Source: an uncultured Nitrospinota bacterium | GTDB lineage: Bacteria; Tectomicrobia; Entotheonellia; J063; CAVPRW01 | DNA length: 64,000 bases | Assembly (NCBI GenBank): GCA_963707985.1 | Contig: CAVPRW010000002.1 | Coordinates: 132,675 to 196,674 of the forward strand | Reading direction: 5' to 3' | The notes under the pieces: model-generated | Databases searched by the model: none | Told to the model about the DNA's origin: nothing | The model's input: only the letters and a program-made list of their open reading frames with translations | In this document: positions 1 through 12,510 of the stretch, piece after piece | How the letters are laid out: the number at the start of each line of letters is the position of its first letter | Numbering within the stretch: position 1 is the stretch's first letter | Program-made: the position numbers and the translations under genes

Positions 1-753
1 TGCGACCAGGGCACCTTCCGCAATAATCGGGGCGCGACTCGTGTTGACCAGCAAGGCGGTCGGCTTCATGTGGCCCAGGTCATCTGCCGTGATGATGCCA
101 CGGGTCTCGCGATTGCCAGGCAAGTGCAAACTGATCACGTCGGCGTTCTCGAAAAACGCTTCGCGGCTTGCGGCGATCTCAAAGCCCTCAGCCTTAGCGC
201 GTGCCGTCGAACCCTCGCGGCCCCAGCACACGACATTCATGCCAAACGCTTTCCCCACGCGCGCTACAGCGCCCCCGATATGGCCGAAGGCATATACACC
301 GAGCGTGCGCCCGAACAGACGTTCGCCGACCGTTGAATGCCAATGGCCCTGCTTCAAGCGCTCCACTTCATAGGGAAGATGGCGTAGCGACGCGAGGATC
401 ATGCCCCACGTCAGCTCGGCAGTGGTGGAATAAGGGGTCCTGCCACCGCCGCTGGAGCCACCAGCGGAGACCACAATGCCGTGCTGGGTGCAGGCGGGAA
501 CATCGAGGTGGTTCGTGTTGCGCCCCGTCTGGCTGATGAACCTGAGCCCGGGCAACTGCTCGATTATCTGACGGGTCAGGGGTACACGCTGCTGCGTAAG
601 CAATAACGCGTCGCATCCCGCGGCTTGCTCGATCACTCGTGCCGGGTCGGTGTAGGCCTCGGTATGGATGATGACCTCGTGATCCTTCAATCTGGGATAG
701 GCACGGGTCCCGCGCAAGACATCGGCGTAGTCGTGGATCACAGCAATCTTCAT
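1..753 (-). CDS. D-2-hydroxyacid dehydrogenase family protein (3' end outside window)
   Basis: Manual translation from ATG 753: MKIAVIHDYAD...TAELTWGMIL...GRTLGVYAFGHIG...VISLHLP...LLVNTSRAP; open to the window edge, so absent from the ORF track. Confidence 0.9.
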   Translation of the reverse strand, partial: MKIAVIHDYADVLRGTRAYPRLKDHEVIIHTEAYTDPARVIEQAAGCDALLLTQQRVPLTRQIIEQLPGLRFISQTGRNTNHLDVPACTQHGIVVSAGGSSGGGRTPYSTTAELTWGMILASLRHLPYEVERLKQGHWHSTVGERLFGRTLGVYAFGHIGGAVARVGKAFGMNVVCWGREGSTARAKAEGFEIAASREAFFENADVISLHLPGNRETRGIITADDLGHMKPTALLVNTSRAPIIAEGALVA

Positions 754-1202
754 GGTGGTGTTCCCTCTCGTGTCCCATGGAATGTCCGGCTCCATGCTGG
801 GATACCCCCGGGCGCCCGAGCTGGGCAAACACATGGCCCCCGGATCACCGAGCAGGAGCAAGCCTGTCAGCGGCGATTCGCATGTCCAATATGCGCCTGT
901 GCCTGCCGATCAGCAGCACAGGGAAGGGTTCCGTGACATGGTTAGCAACGAATATTGGGTTCGTTGCATGATAGCATACAAACATGATGGCGTTGCCGAC
1001 TTGTTGATCAGCTTGTACCCGCTTTGCACGGTGTGGCATACGCACCGCATGAAAACAGTTACGTCAGCCAACCGTTTGTCCGCAACGGACAGTCACTGGT
1101 CGCCCTACAGAGTATGTGTCATACACACCCTTAGCGTCTCTGCGTGGGGCACGTCCGCCGACTTTGTGCGCCCAGGGCGCGCGCTACGGCCCGCCTGACC
1201 CG

Positions 1203-2591
1203 CTACGCCCGTGTCGGCTGGCGCGGCACCAGCTTGACGGTGGATTCCGGCAGCTCCGGGCTGCCGCCGCAGGCACGACGTAGCTCGGGCATCACCTGCT
1301 CGGCGAAGAGGTACATCTGCTCTTCGACCTCCGCACCGTGCAGGCCTGGCATCTCGAAGTGGCACAGGAGCAGGAAGTCCTCGGCGCCGACTAGTGCTTT
1401 CATTCGCAGCAGAGCGGCCGTCACCTCGTCGGCGCGGCCGACGAGCGCAGTCTCCTTCTGACGAAGCAGCTCACCGGTGACGCGCATGTCGAGCGGGTAG
1501 GGCGCCTCGTCCACGTCGGCCAGGCCGGCGGTGAAGCCGAACGGCCCGTAGTAGTTCCATTCCATCTCGAGCGCGCGGTCGATCCGCTCGATCTGGGCCT
1601 GCTCGTCGCCTGGCTTGAGGATGTGCACCCAGGGACCAACGCTTAGGCCGCGCCGCTTCTCGGCGTCCCAGCCAAACTTGAAGGCGCCACGGTGCAGGCG
1701 GTCCGGCCAGCCTGCACGCTCGGACGCCTGGTGGTAGGTCTCGAACACCCGGCGCAGACGGGTGCGCGGGATGGCGTTGATGTTGCAATTGACGCCGTGC
1801 GCCGCGGCCCACTCGACCGAGCGCGCGCTGGCGACTGGCTCCCAGCACTGGGGATAAGGCTTTTGGACCGGCTGCGGGAAGAGGCTGATCTCCTTCAGCA
1901 CAGTGGTGGTGTTCGTGACCGGGTTTCCACCACCGTATTGGTCTGGCGGGCCGATCCTCAGCACGTCCTCCAACCCTCGGCCGACGTGCGGCTGGCTGAA
2001 GTAGGCGATCGTCTGGGCATGGTTCCAGCGCGTGTAGGTCGGCGGGACAGTGAAGAACTGGCCCTGGTGCGAGAAAGACAGCTGGGTCCAGGCCTTGATG
2101 ATGATGTCGTAGGCTTCCTGGAAGTACGCCCGGTTGCGCTCCTGGTCCTGAATGCTCGAGCCATAGGGGAAGCCCAGGACCTCAACCTCGCGCGGCTGGT
2201 AGCCGCGGCCGACCCCGAACTCGACCCGCCCGCCGCTGATGACGTCGAGCATCGCACCCAGCTCGGCCACCCGCAGCGGATGCCACTGGGTCAGGATGTT
2301 GGTGGCCTGGCCGAGCCGGATGCGACGGGTCTGGGCCGCGATCGCCATCTCGGCCATCAGCGGGTTGGGGCTGAACTCAGGCCCCTCCGGCTGAAAGTGG
2401 TGCTCGGTCATGAAATAGAAGTCGTAGCCGAGCTGCTCGGCCAGCACCCCCTGGCGGACCTGGTCAACCATGATGCGCTGAAAGCTAGCGTGCATGTCCT
2501 CAAGGTTGCCTCCGGCGACCAGCACGCCCGAGGGCGTGTCGGCGACCGACAGGTCCGAGGCGCCGTTCTGAAAGATGCCAAACTGGATCAT
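1203..2591 (-). CDS. LLM-class (luciferase-like) flavin-dependent oxidoreductase
   Basis: Motifs AEQLGYD..TEHHF, RIRLG, HPLRVAE..MLDVISGGRVEFGVGRG, PQPVQKPYP. Confidence 0.92.
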   Translation of the reverse strand: MIQFGIFQNGASDLSVADTPSGVLVAGGNLEDMHASFQRIMVDQVRQGVLAEQLGYDFYFMTEHHFQPEGPEFSPNPLMAEMAIAAQTRRIRLGQATNILTQWHPLRVAELGAMLDVISGGRVEFGVGRGYQPREVEVLGFPYGSSIQDQERNRAYFQEAYDIIIKAWTQLSFSHQGQFFTVPPTYTRWNHAQTIAYFSQPHVGRGLEDVLRIGPPDQYGGGNPVTNTTTVLKEISLFPQPVQKPYPQCWEPVASARSVEWAAAHGVNCNINAIPRTRLRRVFETYHQASERAGWPDRLHRGAFKFGWDAEKRRGLSVGPWVHILKPGDEQAQIERIDRALEMEWNYYGPFGFTAGLADVDEAPYPLDMRVTGELLRQKETALVGRADEVTAALLRMKALVGAEDFLLLCHFEMPGLHGAEVEEQMYLFAEQVMPELRRACGGSPELPESTVKLVPRQPTRA

Positions 2592-3316
2592 GATGGCTTA
2601 CCTTTCCATGCTCGGGGATTGAGCACAGTGTGCTGGAGGTGTGTCGCTGATTACGGCTATCATCCGGGCCAACGTCAGGGACTGGATACAGAGGCTCCTC
2701 TCCTCTTGCTAGAGGGGGTCACATCGAAATGACGCACGGTCGAGACATGTCTCTTATACCCCGAAGTGTCACGGTCTGCAAACCGTCGCAGCCGGACTCG
2801 CACATGCTGTGCAGGGCCTCTGTCCGAGTGCGGCAGCCATTCGCGGACAATGGCCCTTTCTTGAGCCTCAAAGGGTCACACTGAGGGCACTGCATCCCTC
2901 GCCCCCGTCCTAGCTACACCTCCCCACAGAGGCTTCAGCGTCGGATGCCTGATGTGGTCCATAGTGGCCCAGAGGTGGTCCTGGACAAGACCATGCGCAG
3001 GCGGTTCTTTGGCGAGGAATAGACGGAACCAGGATTCTCTCCGCATTCGACTTTGGCCATGTTTCTCGACACCGGATACCAGGCCGCGAAGACGTGTCCA
3101 ATGGGCACGCCGGGCCTCCCGCCGCGGGAGAAACGCAGACCGTCTCAACAGGTCTACGATGGCAGGATTGCCCAGGGTTTTTGGCATGACACTAACGATT
3201 GAGACATGCTTCCTACCGGTTTTGATGCCAATACATTCCAGGTGATCATCTGTTATACTAAATTCCTATATCTCTCGCCTGGTTGTCGTATTAGAGCATC
3301 GACTCGGAGATCACTC

Positions 3317-5153
3317 ATGGGCTATCAGCCGATCGAAAACTATGGGATTATTGGCAATATGCGCACGGCGGCCCTGGTCGGTACCAATGGGTCGATCGAC
3401 TGGTATTGTTTTCCGCGTTTCGATTCGACAAGTATCTTCGCTGCGATCCTCGATGACGCCAAGGGCGGGCGTTTCCAGATCGCTCCGACGATGCGCGGCC
3501 TCCGCCACAAGCAGTTCTATTGGCCTGACACCAACGTGCTGGTGACGCGTTTTCTGTCACCGGATGGCGTTGGTCAGATCACTGACTTCATGCCAGTCGG
3601 CGTCTCCGAGGCTGAGCCCGGTCACCAGTGGCTCGTTCGCCGTGTCAATGTGGTCCGTGGCAGCATGACATTTCGATTGGCCTGCTGTCCCGCGTTCAAT
3701 TACGCCCGCGACCCGCATCAAACCGTCATCTTTTCGGGTGGGGCCTGCTTCCACGCCGCAGGCCTCAATCTCGAATTGGCCACGCGTGTGCCCTTGAAGC
3801 AAGACGGCAGCAGTGTGTTTGCGGAGTTTACCTTGCCGGAGGGGGAGGTGGCCGTTTTTGTCCTCCGCCAGATGCAACCAGCAAGGGGTTGCAGTCCGCT
3901 GCTCAGCGACGCGGAGACCCATACACTCTTCCATCACACCGTGGACTATTGGCGCCGCTGGCTCGCCAAATGTTCGTATCGCGGGCGTTGGCGCGAGATG
4001 GTGCATCGCTCTGCCCTGGTGCTCAAGCTGCTGACCTACGAGCCCACGGGGGCCATTGTCGCTGCCCCCACCACGAGTCTGCCGGAAGAATTGGGGGGCG
4101 GGCGTAATTGGGATTACCGCTATACCTGGATCCGCGATACATCTTTCACATTGTATGCGCTGCTGCGGATCGGTTTCACCGCTGAGGCTGGAGAGTTCAT
4201 GCACTGGCTGGAAGCACGCTGCCACGAAATCGAGCCGGATGGCTCGTTGCAGATTATGTATGGCATTGATGGCCGCCATACCCTGAGCGAGGAAATCCTG
4301 GACCATCTGGAAGGCTATAAGGGCTCGCATCCCGTACGCATCGGCAATGGCTGCCTACAAGCAGCTGCAATTGGATATTTACGGCGAGCTGATGGACTCG
4401 GTGTATCTTTACAACAAGTACGGCACCCCCATCTCATATGACCTCTGGACCTACCTGAGGCAACTCGTCAACTGGGTCTGCGACAACTGGCAGCGTAAGG
4501 ACGATGGGATTTGGGAGGTGCGCGGCGGACAACAACATTTCGTGTACTCGAAGATGATGTGCTGGGTCGCTGTCGACCGCGGACTCCGCCTGGCCGACAG
4601 ACGGTCTTTCCCCGCCGATCGCGAACGTTGGTTAAACATCCGCGATCGCATCTATGAAGACATCATGGCCCAAGGCTGGCATCCACGACTACAGGCGTTC
4701 GTGCAGCATTATGGCAGCGCGGCCCTGGACGCCGCCAATCTCCTGATGCCACTGGTCTTTTTTCTGTCCCCCACCGACCCACGCATGCTCAAGACGCTCG
4801 ACGCCATCAATACTTCGCCATCGCGCGGCGGCCTGGTGTCGAATAGTCTGGTCTATCGCTATAACCTTCAGCAAACCCCAGATGGTCTGGACGGTATGGA
4901 AGGCTCGTTCAATATGTGTACCTTCTGGCTTGTTGAAGCCCTGACGCGGGCCGGAAAGGCCGATCGTCCTAAACTTGAAGAGGCGCAGCTGGTGTTTGAA
5001 CAGATGTTGGGCTACGCTAATCACCTGGGGCTGTATGCGGAGGAGACCGGCCCCAGTGGAGAGGCTCTGGGGAATTTCCCCCAAGCTTTCACCCATCTGT
5101 CCTTGATTAGTGCGGCGTACAACCTTGATCGCACCCTGGGAGGCAGCGACTGA
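3317..5153 (+). CDS. Glycoside hydrolase family 15 (glucoamylase/trehalase-like), frameshift near 4350
   Basis: [32 protein letters not shown] in one frame; [25 protein letters not shown] in the next frame. Confidence 0.9.
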
Positions 5154-5661
5154 GTCACAGCGACGGGCTGGTTGGAGAGCCTAGCCCTGCAGCGTGAAGA
5201 ATGGCTGAGAATCATAGGGATTGGTTTGCTCATTGGATTGGTGGCTTCCATAAGCGTATCACTTTGAGGATCTGGTCGCCATGCCATCGGTGATCCTGGA
5301 AACTACCCTGGAGTGCATCAGCAACGAGATCGGCGATGGCTTGATGGGGCAATGCCTTATAGACAGGAGTGCCAATGCGCCTGCTCCTCGGGCTGGCGGG
5401 GCCGCGCCCGGAGATAAAGGAGGTCCTCTTGCATGCCGCAGATGGCTATACCGATACCATCGCGCTAGAAAAGGCCATGGACCCGACCACGCTAGCTTTG
5501 CACCAGAGGGCGCGACCGGGTATCATTATATAACTGTGCGTGTCGAAGGCTAGGTGCCGTGCGCCAGTTTTTCACACCCTACCGAAGCCTCTCCCCTCGA
5601 TGGGGCCGGCTGGGCGAGGGCAACACGCTCTCGTCGTGCGTCGCTTGCAGGAGGATAACAG

Positions 5662-6777
5662 ATGAATCCTTTACTGGCTTTGCAGGACTACGGACAATCC
5701 GTATGGTTGGATTATATGCAGCGCCATCTCATCACCAGTGGTGAGCTCCAACGCCTGATCGATGAAGATGGGCTACGCGGCATGACGTCGAATCCGGCGA
5801 TTTTCGAGAAAGCGATTACTGGCAGCACGGATTATCTCGAAGCCCTCAGGGCCCTGACCGGTCGGAGCCTGGACGCCATGGGCCTCTACGAGCAGCTTGC
5901 CATTCGCGATATTCAGGATGCGGCGGACATCTTCCGTCCGGTGTATGAGCACACGCGGCGCGGCGATGGCTACATCAGCCTGGAAGTCTCACCGCATCTG
6001 GCTCACGACACCGAGGGCACTATCCGAGAAGCCCGCCGTCTCTGGCAGACCGTCAGTCGCCCGAATCTGATGATTAAGGTGCCCGCGACGCCTGCGGGGC
6101 TCCCCGCCATAGCACAGCTCATCTCAGAAGGCATCAACGTCAATGTCACCCTGCTGTTTTCTCAGGAAGTCTACGAACGCGTTGCCGAGGCCTATATCGC
6201 TGGTCTAGAGCAGCTTGCCGCCGCCGCTGGTGACGTCGGTGGGGTTGCCAGCGTCGCCAGCTTCTTTATTAGCCGCATCGATACCGCCATTGATGCGCAG
6301 GTCATGGCTCGGCTCAAAGCCGCCAAAAGTGCACAGGAACGGACCTTGCTGCGCAGCCTGCTCGGCCACGTCGCCATTGCCAACGGCAAGCTCACGTACC
6401 AACGCTACAAGACAATCTTCCAGGGAACCCGTTGGGAGGCACTGGCGACCATGGGGGCACGGCCACAGCGGGTGCTGTGGGCCAGTACGAGCACCAAGAA
6501 CCCAAAGTATCGCGATGTCCTCTACGTTGAGGAACTGATTGGTCCGAACACCGTCAATACCATGCCGCCAGCCACCCTGGAGGCATTCCGTGACCACGGG
6601 CAGGTACGTGCCAGTCTTGAAGAGGACCTTGAGGCCGCCCACGATACCATGGAGGTTCTGGCGCAGGTAGGCATCTCGATGCAAGAAGTCACCGAGAAAC
6701 TCCTGGACGAAGGCGTGCGCCTCTTTGCCGAACCCTTCGATAAACTGCTGGACACCCTGGCGCACCGCGGGGCCTAA
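5662..6777 (+). CDS. tal: Transaldolase
   Basis: GQSVWLD, GMTSNPAIF, ISLEVSP, NLMIKVPAT, NVTLLFS, VASFFISRID. Confidence 0.95.
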   Translation: MNPLLALQDYGQSVWLDYMQRHLITSGELQRLIDEDGLRGMTSNPAIFEKAITGSTDYLEALRALTGRSLDAMGLYEQLAIRDIQDAADIFRPVYEHTRRGDGYISLEVSPHLAHDTEGTIREARRLWQTVSRPNLMIKVPATPAGLPAIAQLISEGINVNVTLLFSQEVYERVAEAYIAGLEQLAAAAGDVGGVASVASFFISRIDTAIDAQVMARLKAAKSAQERTLLRSLLGHVAIANGKLTYQRYKTIFQGTRWEALATMGARPQRVLWASTSTKNPKYRDVLYVEELIGPNTVNTMPPATLEAFRDHGQVRASLEEDLEAAHDTMEVLAQVGISMQEVTEKLLDEGVRLFAEPFDKLLDTLAHRGA

Positions 6778-6849
6778 CAGCCATGGCAGCGTGACCGCTG
6801 GCCACGGGAGGCACAGGCAGCCAGGTGGTCAGAAGTCCCATTAGAGACG

Positions 6850-8406
6850 ATGCACACGCCCAGGTCCATGGGATCTTATGAGGAGACACACGTGATCGAT
6901 GAGCCGGTCGGACGCCCTGGTGACCCCTGCGTCATGGTGATTTTTGGCGCGTCTGGAGATCTTACCAAGCGCAAGCTCATTCCCGCTCTGTATAACTTGG
7001 CGAAGGACAATCTGCTGTCGCGCCAATTCGCGGTTGTCGGCTTGGCACGCCGCCCGATGACCAACGAGAGCTTTCGCGAGAAGTTGACCGAGGAGATCAA
7101 GGAATTCGCCACCGGACCGGTCGACCCGGACCTGTGGGAGTGGTTCGTGCGGCGGCTCTACTACTTGCCCGGTGATGGCCAGGATCCGGATACAGCTCAG
7201 CGACTGAAGGAGCTGCTGACGCAGATCGACAAGGAACATGGCACGCCGGGTAATTACTTCTATTACCTAGCCACCGCCCCTGGCCTCTTCGCCGGCGTGA
7301 TCAACCAGTTGGGCTTGGCAGGCCTGACCCATGAGGCCAACGGCCGCTGGCGGCGGGTGATCATCGAAAAGCCCTTCGGACACGATTTTGCCTCGGCCCG
7401 CCAGCTCAATCAAGATATCCGCCAGGTCCTCGAGGAAAAGCAAATCTATCGCATCGATCACTACCTGGGCAAAGAGACCGTGCAGAATATTTTGGTGTTC
7501 CGTTTTGCCAACGGCATCTTCGAGCCCATCTGGAACCGCCGCTATATCGACCACGTGCAACTCACCGTGGCTGAAACCGTCGGCGTCGAGGAGCGCGGTC
7601 CGTATTACGATGAAACCGGCGCGCTGCGGGATATGGTGCCGAATCACATCTTCCAGTTGATCACCCTGATGGCGATGGAGCCGCCGATCTCCTTCGAAGC
7701 CGATGCGGTCCGCGACGAACAGACCAAGATTCTCCGCGCCATGCAGCCGTTGACGCCCGAAGAGGTGCTATCGCGCACGGTGCGCGGTCAATACAGCGAA
7801 GGCATCTTCGGCGGTGAGCACGTGCCGGGATATCGTTCGGAGCCGCGGGTGCCCCAGGATTCTCGGACCGAGACGTTCGTCGCCCTCAAGCTCCTGATCG
7901 ATAACTGGCGCTGGGCCGATGTGCCCTTCTACCTGCGTACCGGCAAACGCCTGCCGCAGCGTGTGACTGAGATCGCGATTCAGTTCAAGCGCGCCCCTTT
8001 CATGCTATTCCGCAAAACCTCAGTGGAGCGCTTGACGCCGAACCTCCTGGTCCTGCATATTCAGCCGGACGAGGGCATCTCGCTGCGGTTCGGCGCCAAG
8101 ATGCCCGGTCCACTGGTACAGCTGGGGTCGGTGAACATGAATTTCCGCTACGCCGACTATTTCGGCAGCACGCCCAGCACCGGCTATGAACGTCTGCTGT
8201 ACGATTGCATGACGGGTGATGCCACGCTGTTCCAGCGTGCTGACATGGTTGAGGCATCGTGGAGCGTGGTGACGCCGATTCTGGACGTCTGGAAAGCCCT
8301 ACCGCCGCGCAACTTCCCGAACTATGCGGCCGGCACCTGGGGACCAAAGGAGGCGGACGAGTTGCTCGAACGGGAAGGACGACAGTGGAGGAGGATCAAC
8401 GGATGA
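6850..8406 (+). CDS. zwf: Glucose-6-phosphate 1-dehydrogenase (true start may be GTG 6892)
   Basis: [41 protein letters not shown]. Confidence 0.96.
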   Translation: MHTPRSMGSYEETHVIDEPVGRPGDPCVMVIFGASGDLTKRKLIPALYNLAKDNLLSRQFAVVGLARRPMTNESFREKLTEEIKEFATGPVDPDLWEWFVRRLYYLPGDGQDPDTAQRLKELLTQIDKEHGTPGNYFYYLATAPGLFAGVINQLGLAGLTHEANGRWRRVIIEKPFGHDFASARQLNQDIRQVLEEKQIYRIDHYLGKETVQNILVFRFANGIFEPIWNRRYIDHVQLTVAETVGVEERGPYYDETGALRDMVPNHIFQLITLMAMEPPISFEADAVRDEQTKILRAMQPLTPEEVLSRTVRGQYSEGIFGGEHVPGYRSEPRVPQDSRTETFVALKLLIDNWRWADVPFYLRTGKRLPQRVTEIAIQFKRAPFMLFRKTSVERLTPNLLVLHIQPDEGISLRFGAKMPGPLVQLGSVNMNFRYADYFGSTPSTGYERLLYDCMTGDATLFQRADMVEASWSVVTPILDVWKALPPRNFPNYAAGTWGPKEADELLEREGRQWRRING

Positions 8407-9383
8407 TCCTGGCCGGCGACATCGGCGCCACGAACAGCAGGCTGGCCTTGTTCGCGGTGCGTGAAGGACGCGTGGAGCCTGTCGTCGAGGCAACGTATCC
8501 GAGTCGCGACCATGCAAACCTGGAAACCATCGTGAAGACGTTCCTGTCAGCCCATGACCTGCCGATCGACGTGGCCTGCTTCGGAATCGCCGGACCCGTG
8601 CGACATGGACGTAGCGATACAACCAATCTCCCCTGGGACGTCGATGCCCAGGACCTGGCGCAGACGTTGCAGCTCAGGTCGGTCGGGCTGCTCAACGATC
8701 TGGAGGCCCACGCCTACGGTATCGCCATGTTGGCTCCAGACGATTTTGTGACGGTCAATCAGGGTGCACTGAACGCCTCAGGGAACGCCGCGGTTATCGC
8801 CGCCGGCACCGGTTTGGGCGAGGCAGGGCTGTACTGGAATGGCCAGCAGCATCTCCCGTTTGCAGGCGAGGGAGGCCATGCCAGCTTCGCGCCCAGCGAC
8901 CCCTTACAGATCGAGCTCCTGCGCTTTCTCAGTCATGAATTCGGACATGTCAGCTGGGAGCGGGTGCTGTCTGGTCCTGGCTTATACAATATCTACCGAT
9001 TTTTGCGTGACACCGGGCGGGGCGAGGAGTCCGACTGGCTGACAGACGAGATGCAGCAACATGACCCATCGGCTGTCATCTCGCAAGCAGCGCTCGCCGG
9101 CACCAGTGCCCTCTGCCGACAAACCCTCGATCTCTTCGTGGGGTTGTATGGCGCCGAGGCTGGCAATTTGGCATTAAAGCTCATGGCGACCGCCGGAGTC
9201 TATGTCGGTGGCGGCATCGCCCCTAAAATCATCCAGAAACTCACGGACTCGATGTTCATGGATGCGTTCGTGGCCAAGGGGCGCCTTAAACCGTTGTTAC
9301 AGGGGATTCCAGTACACATCATCATGAACGATAAGGTGGCGTTGTTGGGCGCGGCACGTTTCGCCACGCTACGGGCCTCGTGA
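8403..9383 (+). CDS. glk: Glucokinase
   Basis: [46 protein letters not shown] overlap with the zwf stop. Confidence 0.93.
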   Translation: MILAGDIGATNSRLALFAVREGRVEPVVEATYPSRDHANLETIVKTFLSAHDLPIDVACFGIAGPVRHGRSDTTNLPWDVDAQDLAQTLQLRSVGLLNDLEAHAYGIAMLAPDDFVTVNQGALNASGNAAVIAAGTGLGEAGLYWNGQQHLPFAGEGGHASFAPSDPLQIELLRFLSHEFGHVSWERVLSGPGLYNIYRFLRDTGRGEESDWLTDEMQQHDPSAVISQAALAGTSALCRQTLDLFVGLYGAEAGNLALKLMATAGVYVGGGIAPKIIQKLTDSMFMDAFVAKGRLKPLLQGIPVHIIMNDKVALLGAARFATLRAS

Positions 9384-9403
9384 AGATAGCAGGGAGACTC
9401 GAC

Positions 9404-10060
9404 ATGGTCCAGTTCGCACCGTCGATTCTGGCGGCTGATTTCTGGCGCCTGGGTGAACAGGTGAAAGCCGCGGAGGAGGCCGGCGCCAGCCGGTTTCATA
9501 TCGATGTCATGGATGGGCGATTCGTGCCAAACATCAGTCTTGGCATGCCGATCGTGGAAGCGATGCGACGGGGTACTTCCCTGCCATTAGAGATGCACCT
9601 GATGATCCAAGAGCCCGAACGCTACGTCGAGGCGTTTATCCAGGCCGGTGCCGACATCGTCATCGTCCATCAAGAAGCCACACCGCATCTGCACCGAACC
9701 GTGCAGCTGATCAAACAGCAGCAGAAAAAGGCGGGAGTGGGTCTCAACCCCTCAACGCCCATCGGGACGATCGAGGACCTCCTCGCCGATATTGACTTGC
9801 TCTTAGTGATGACGGTCAACCCTGGATTCGGTGGACAACGCTTCATCCACAGCATGCTGCCGAAAATCCAACGGGCCCACCACATACTGCAGCAATGCAA
9901 CGCGCACTGTGAGCTCGAAGTGGATGGCGGCGTCGACCTGCAGACGGCCCCGCTGGCGGTGCAGGCCGGAGCCGATGTGTTGGTCGCCGGCACCGCCATT
10001 TTTGCCGACAAAGATGGGCCGCAAGCGGGATTGTTACGCCTCATGCAGGCGATTCAGTAA
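9404..10060 (+). CDS. rpe: Ribulose-phosphate 3-epimerase
   Basis: APSILAADF, HIDVMDGRFVPN, MTVNPGFGGQ, EVDGG, VAGTAIF. Confidence 0.96.
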   Translation: MVQFAPSILAADFWRLGEQVKAAEEAGASRFHIDVMDGRFVPNISLGMPIVEAMRRGTSLPLEMHLMIQEPERYVEAFIQAGADIVIVHQEATPHLHRTVQLIKQQQKKAGVGLNPSTPIGTIEDLLADIDLLLVMTVNPGFGGQRFIHSMLPKIQRAHHILQQCNAHCELEVDGGVDLQTAPLAVQAGADVLVAGTAIFADKDGPQAGLLRLMQAIQ

Positions 10061-10079
10061 GTTAAGGGCCCACTTTTCG
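9911..10079 (+). repeat. Direct repeat copy 1 (rpe 3' end; putative attL)
   Basis: Near-identical to 16283-16450. Confidence 0.9.
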
Positions 10080-10139
10080 GTAGCGCCTGGTGATGCTGAA
10101 AGAATGAGCTCAGCCAGTACTCCTCATCCTTCCATGCTT

Positions 10140-11143
10140 CATCCCAGCCTGATACTCTAGCGAATTTGCTTCACCAAGAGCGCGAGGAGGCTCTCTTGGG
10201 CGGTCACAATCTGCGCCTGGCCGGCCTTACAAGTCGCCGCGCCCCAGCTCTTCGCTCTCGACCTCGAAGCGGAACCCCTGCTGTTCCGCGATCTCCACCA
10301 CCGGCTTGCTGCGATCGAGGACGTCTCCCACCTTGACGTCCCCCATCGTCACGATGCTATGGATGGGCGCACGAATGACCGCCTGCTGGCGTTCGAGCAC
10401 GAGATTCGCCAGCTCGATCTGGAGGACCTCGATGGCCGCGCGTTTGAGGCCCTGTTCGGTTTGCAGTTCCTGCCGCCGCACGGCATCGTCTTGGGTCACC
10501 TGGGTGAGTGCCCGACGTAGCACCTCGACCTTGCCTGTATCAATGAGGAACCTGGCTTTGTCGAACTTTTCCTGGGCCTCGTGGACCCGCGCCATGGCTT
10601 TGCGCAGATCGTCCCGTGGGACGATCTCACGTGCGACCAGTTGCCGCACGTGCGCGGCTTCCTGCTGCGCGTTCTGGAGCTCCAGTCCGGCCAGCCGGAT
10701 ATCCGTAACCTGTCGGTCCTTGGCCTGACACACTTCCTCCTGCACTTGCGCGAGCTCGGCTGCCGCCCCGGCTCTGGCGGCGGCAAACTGGTGTGCTAAT
10801 AACTGCTCCCGGCGATCCATCTCTGCGAGCTCGTCCTCGCCAACCTGGATGGCTCGTCGCCGTTTGGTCATCTCAAGGTCCATCCGCTCTGTGTCCAGCC
10901 GGATCAGGACGTCGTCCTGGCGCACCTCATCCCCTTTGCGAACGTTCACCTCAATGACCTGTCCACTCATACTCGCGCTCAAGACCGCCCCGCTGCCACC
11001 ATACACAACCTTCATGGGAGAAGACATCGGCCGTACACGCCCCAGGGCGCGGACCACGAGGTCCGCCTTCGTTGCGGCCGACCACAGCAGCGCTGCAGCC
11101 AGGAGCGCGCCGAGCAAGAGCAGCGTCCCATGGACGATCCGTG
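10140..11143 (-). pseudogene. HlyD/membrane-fusion secretion protein remnant
   Basis: TM segment, ADLVVRALGRVRP, VIEVNVRKGDEV..LIRLD, coiled coil, IRAPI; N-terminus replaced by transposase; C-terminus short with out-of-frame GQAQIVT..ESLL..LVKQIR. Confidence 0.75.
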
Positions 11144-12510
11144 GGCATCGCGAAGCATGTCGAGTGCGATGCGGTTGCTGATATGTTCTCGGGTGCGCAC
11201 GCGATAGACCGTTTTCTGCATCTTGCGATGACGACGATGGCTGCGTTCCACGGCGTTGGCAGTCGAAGGGAGTCACTTCACGTCGAGGCATGTGAGTGCC
11301 TTGTCTCGATTGGGGCTGAACAGTGTCTGGAGGGTCTGGCCCGGCTTCCGGAAGCGACCCACCCGTCGACGGAGCTTGGCCAACGTCTGTAAGGCCGTCT
11401 CACTCCGGCAGCGCCGGTCAAAGAGCCGATAGACCTCGTCCATGATGTCCCGCAGCGCACGCAGTGGCTTATGCCCGCGACTGATCCGGGTGCGTGTCTT
11501 CCGTTCGCCAGGGGTCAGGGCGTGCTGGACGAAGAGGTCGCGATGGTCGCACAGGTCGGTGACGTTCTGCTGCCACGCGCCCTTGGCACGGGCCTTGTGC
11601 TTCGCGGCCTGTGACATCGGACGGCCATGGGGGCGTGTGGGGATGTGCGCGGTGAGCGTCTTACGCACCCGCGTGACCGCTTTGAGCACCGCCTCCTTTG
11701 AGCACCGCCTTGATGATCTCTGCGATGCTAGGGAATTCGCAGATCGGGTGCGGGACCTGGCCAAAGATCTCGGCAATCGGCCCGGGAGAGAGCGGCGAGG
11801 CATCGGTGGTGATGCCCACAACGGTGAGGCATCGGGTGGCGAGGGCGACCGGAAAACGCCTGAAAAAAGCCCGGATGTCCGCGTGGGTGGGGTGGTGATC
11901 GAGCACCTCATAGACGAGCCGTTTGCAGCGGCGGTTATCGACCATGGACAGCACACAGCAAGGCCCGTCGTCGAGTTCATCGGCGGCGATGTCGCCGGAG
12001 AAGTCCGCGACTGCCTATGTGCGATAGTCCCTGGTGATCCGCGCCGCGGCTTTTTCCCCCACTGGCCTCCACCCAGTTTGGCATGGTAGCCAAGGGGACG
12101 AAGACGCGATGGTCACGCCAGAGGTGCCACGAAGCCGCCCGATAGGGCCATCCATCCTCCACGACCAAGCCCACGGCGACAGCCACGACCCGGTGCGTGT
12201 CATGATTCCCGGGGAGGGCCACATCAGACATGTCGGCGTTGAAATAATGCTGACAGTGGGCGCAGTGATGCGGCGAAGAGGTCATGTGGATCTCGTGGGG
12301 GTGCCCGGCTACCAGGTCCCCCAGGTCGTGCAGAAGACGGTGGACGCACCGCAGGCGAGAGGCTCGGGTGCCGCAACGAGGGCACTTGCGATCTGTATAG
12401 TTGCGGCTGCGGCTGATGATTTTGGCCTTGGGCACGTCTTCGACACGCGTGATGCCCTCTGTCACGTCGGTTAGGTATGCACCAGGTCTGGGCATGACAA
12501 GATCCTCTCA
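11143..12510 (-). mobile_element. Degenerate IS transposase (Zn-finger N-terminus, DDE-like), several frameshifts and stops
   Basis: CPRCG..LHDLGD..HCAHC; ITTDASPL; LPSTANAVER.HRRHRKMQKTVYRVRT across several frames. Confidence 0.8.

Noticed and set aside
1692..2732. 346-aa plus-strand ORF and similar long antisense ORFs (e.g. 23397-24251, 56751-57479)
   Set aside because: Shadow ORFs opposite well-supported genes in GC-rich DNA
11273..11275. In-frame TGA in the transposase (CLDVK*LPST) as possible Sec
   Set aside because: Not a redox Cys context, and the element has other lesions; an ordinary nonsense mutation
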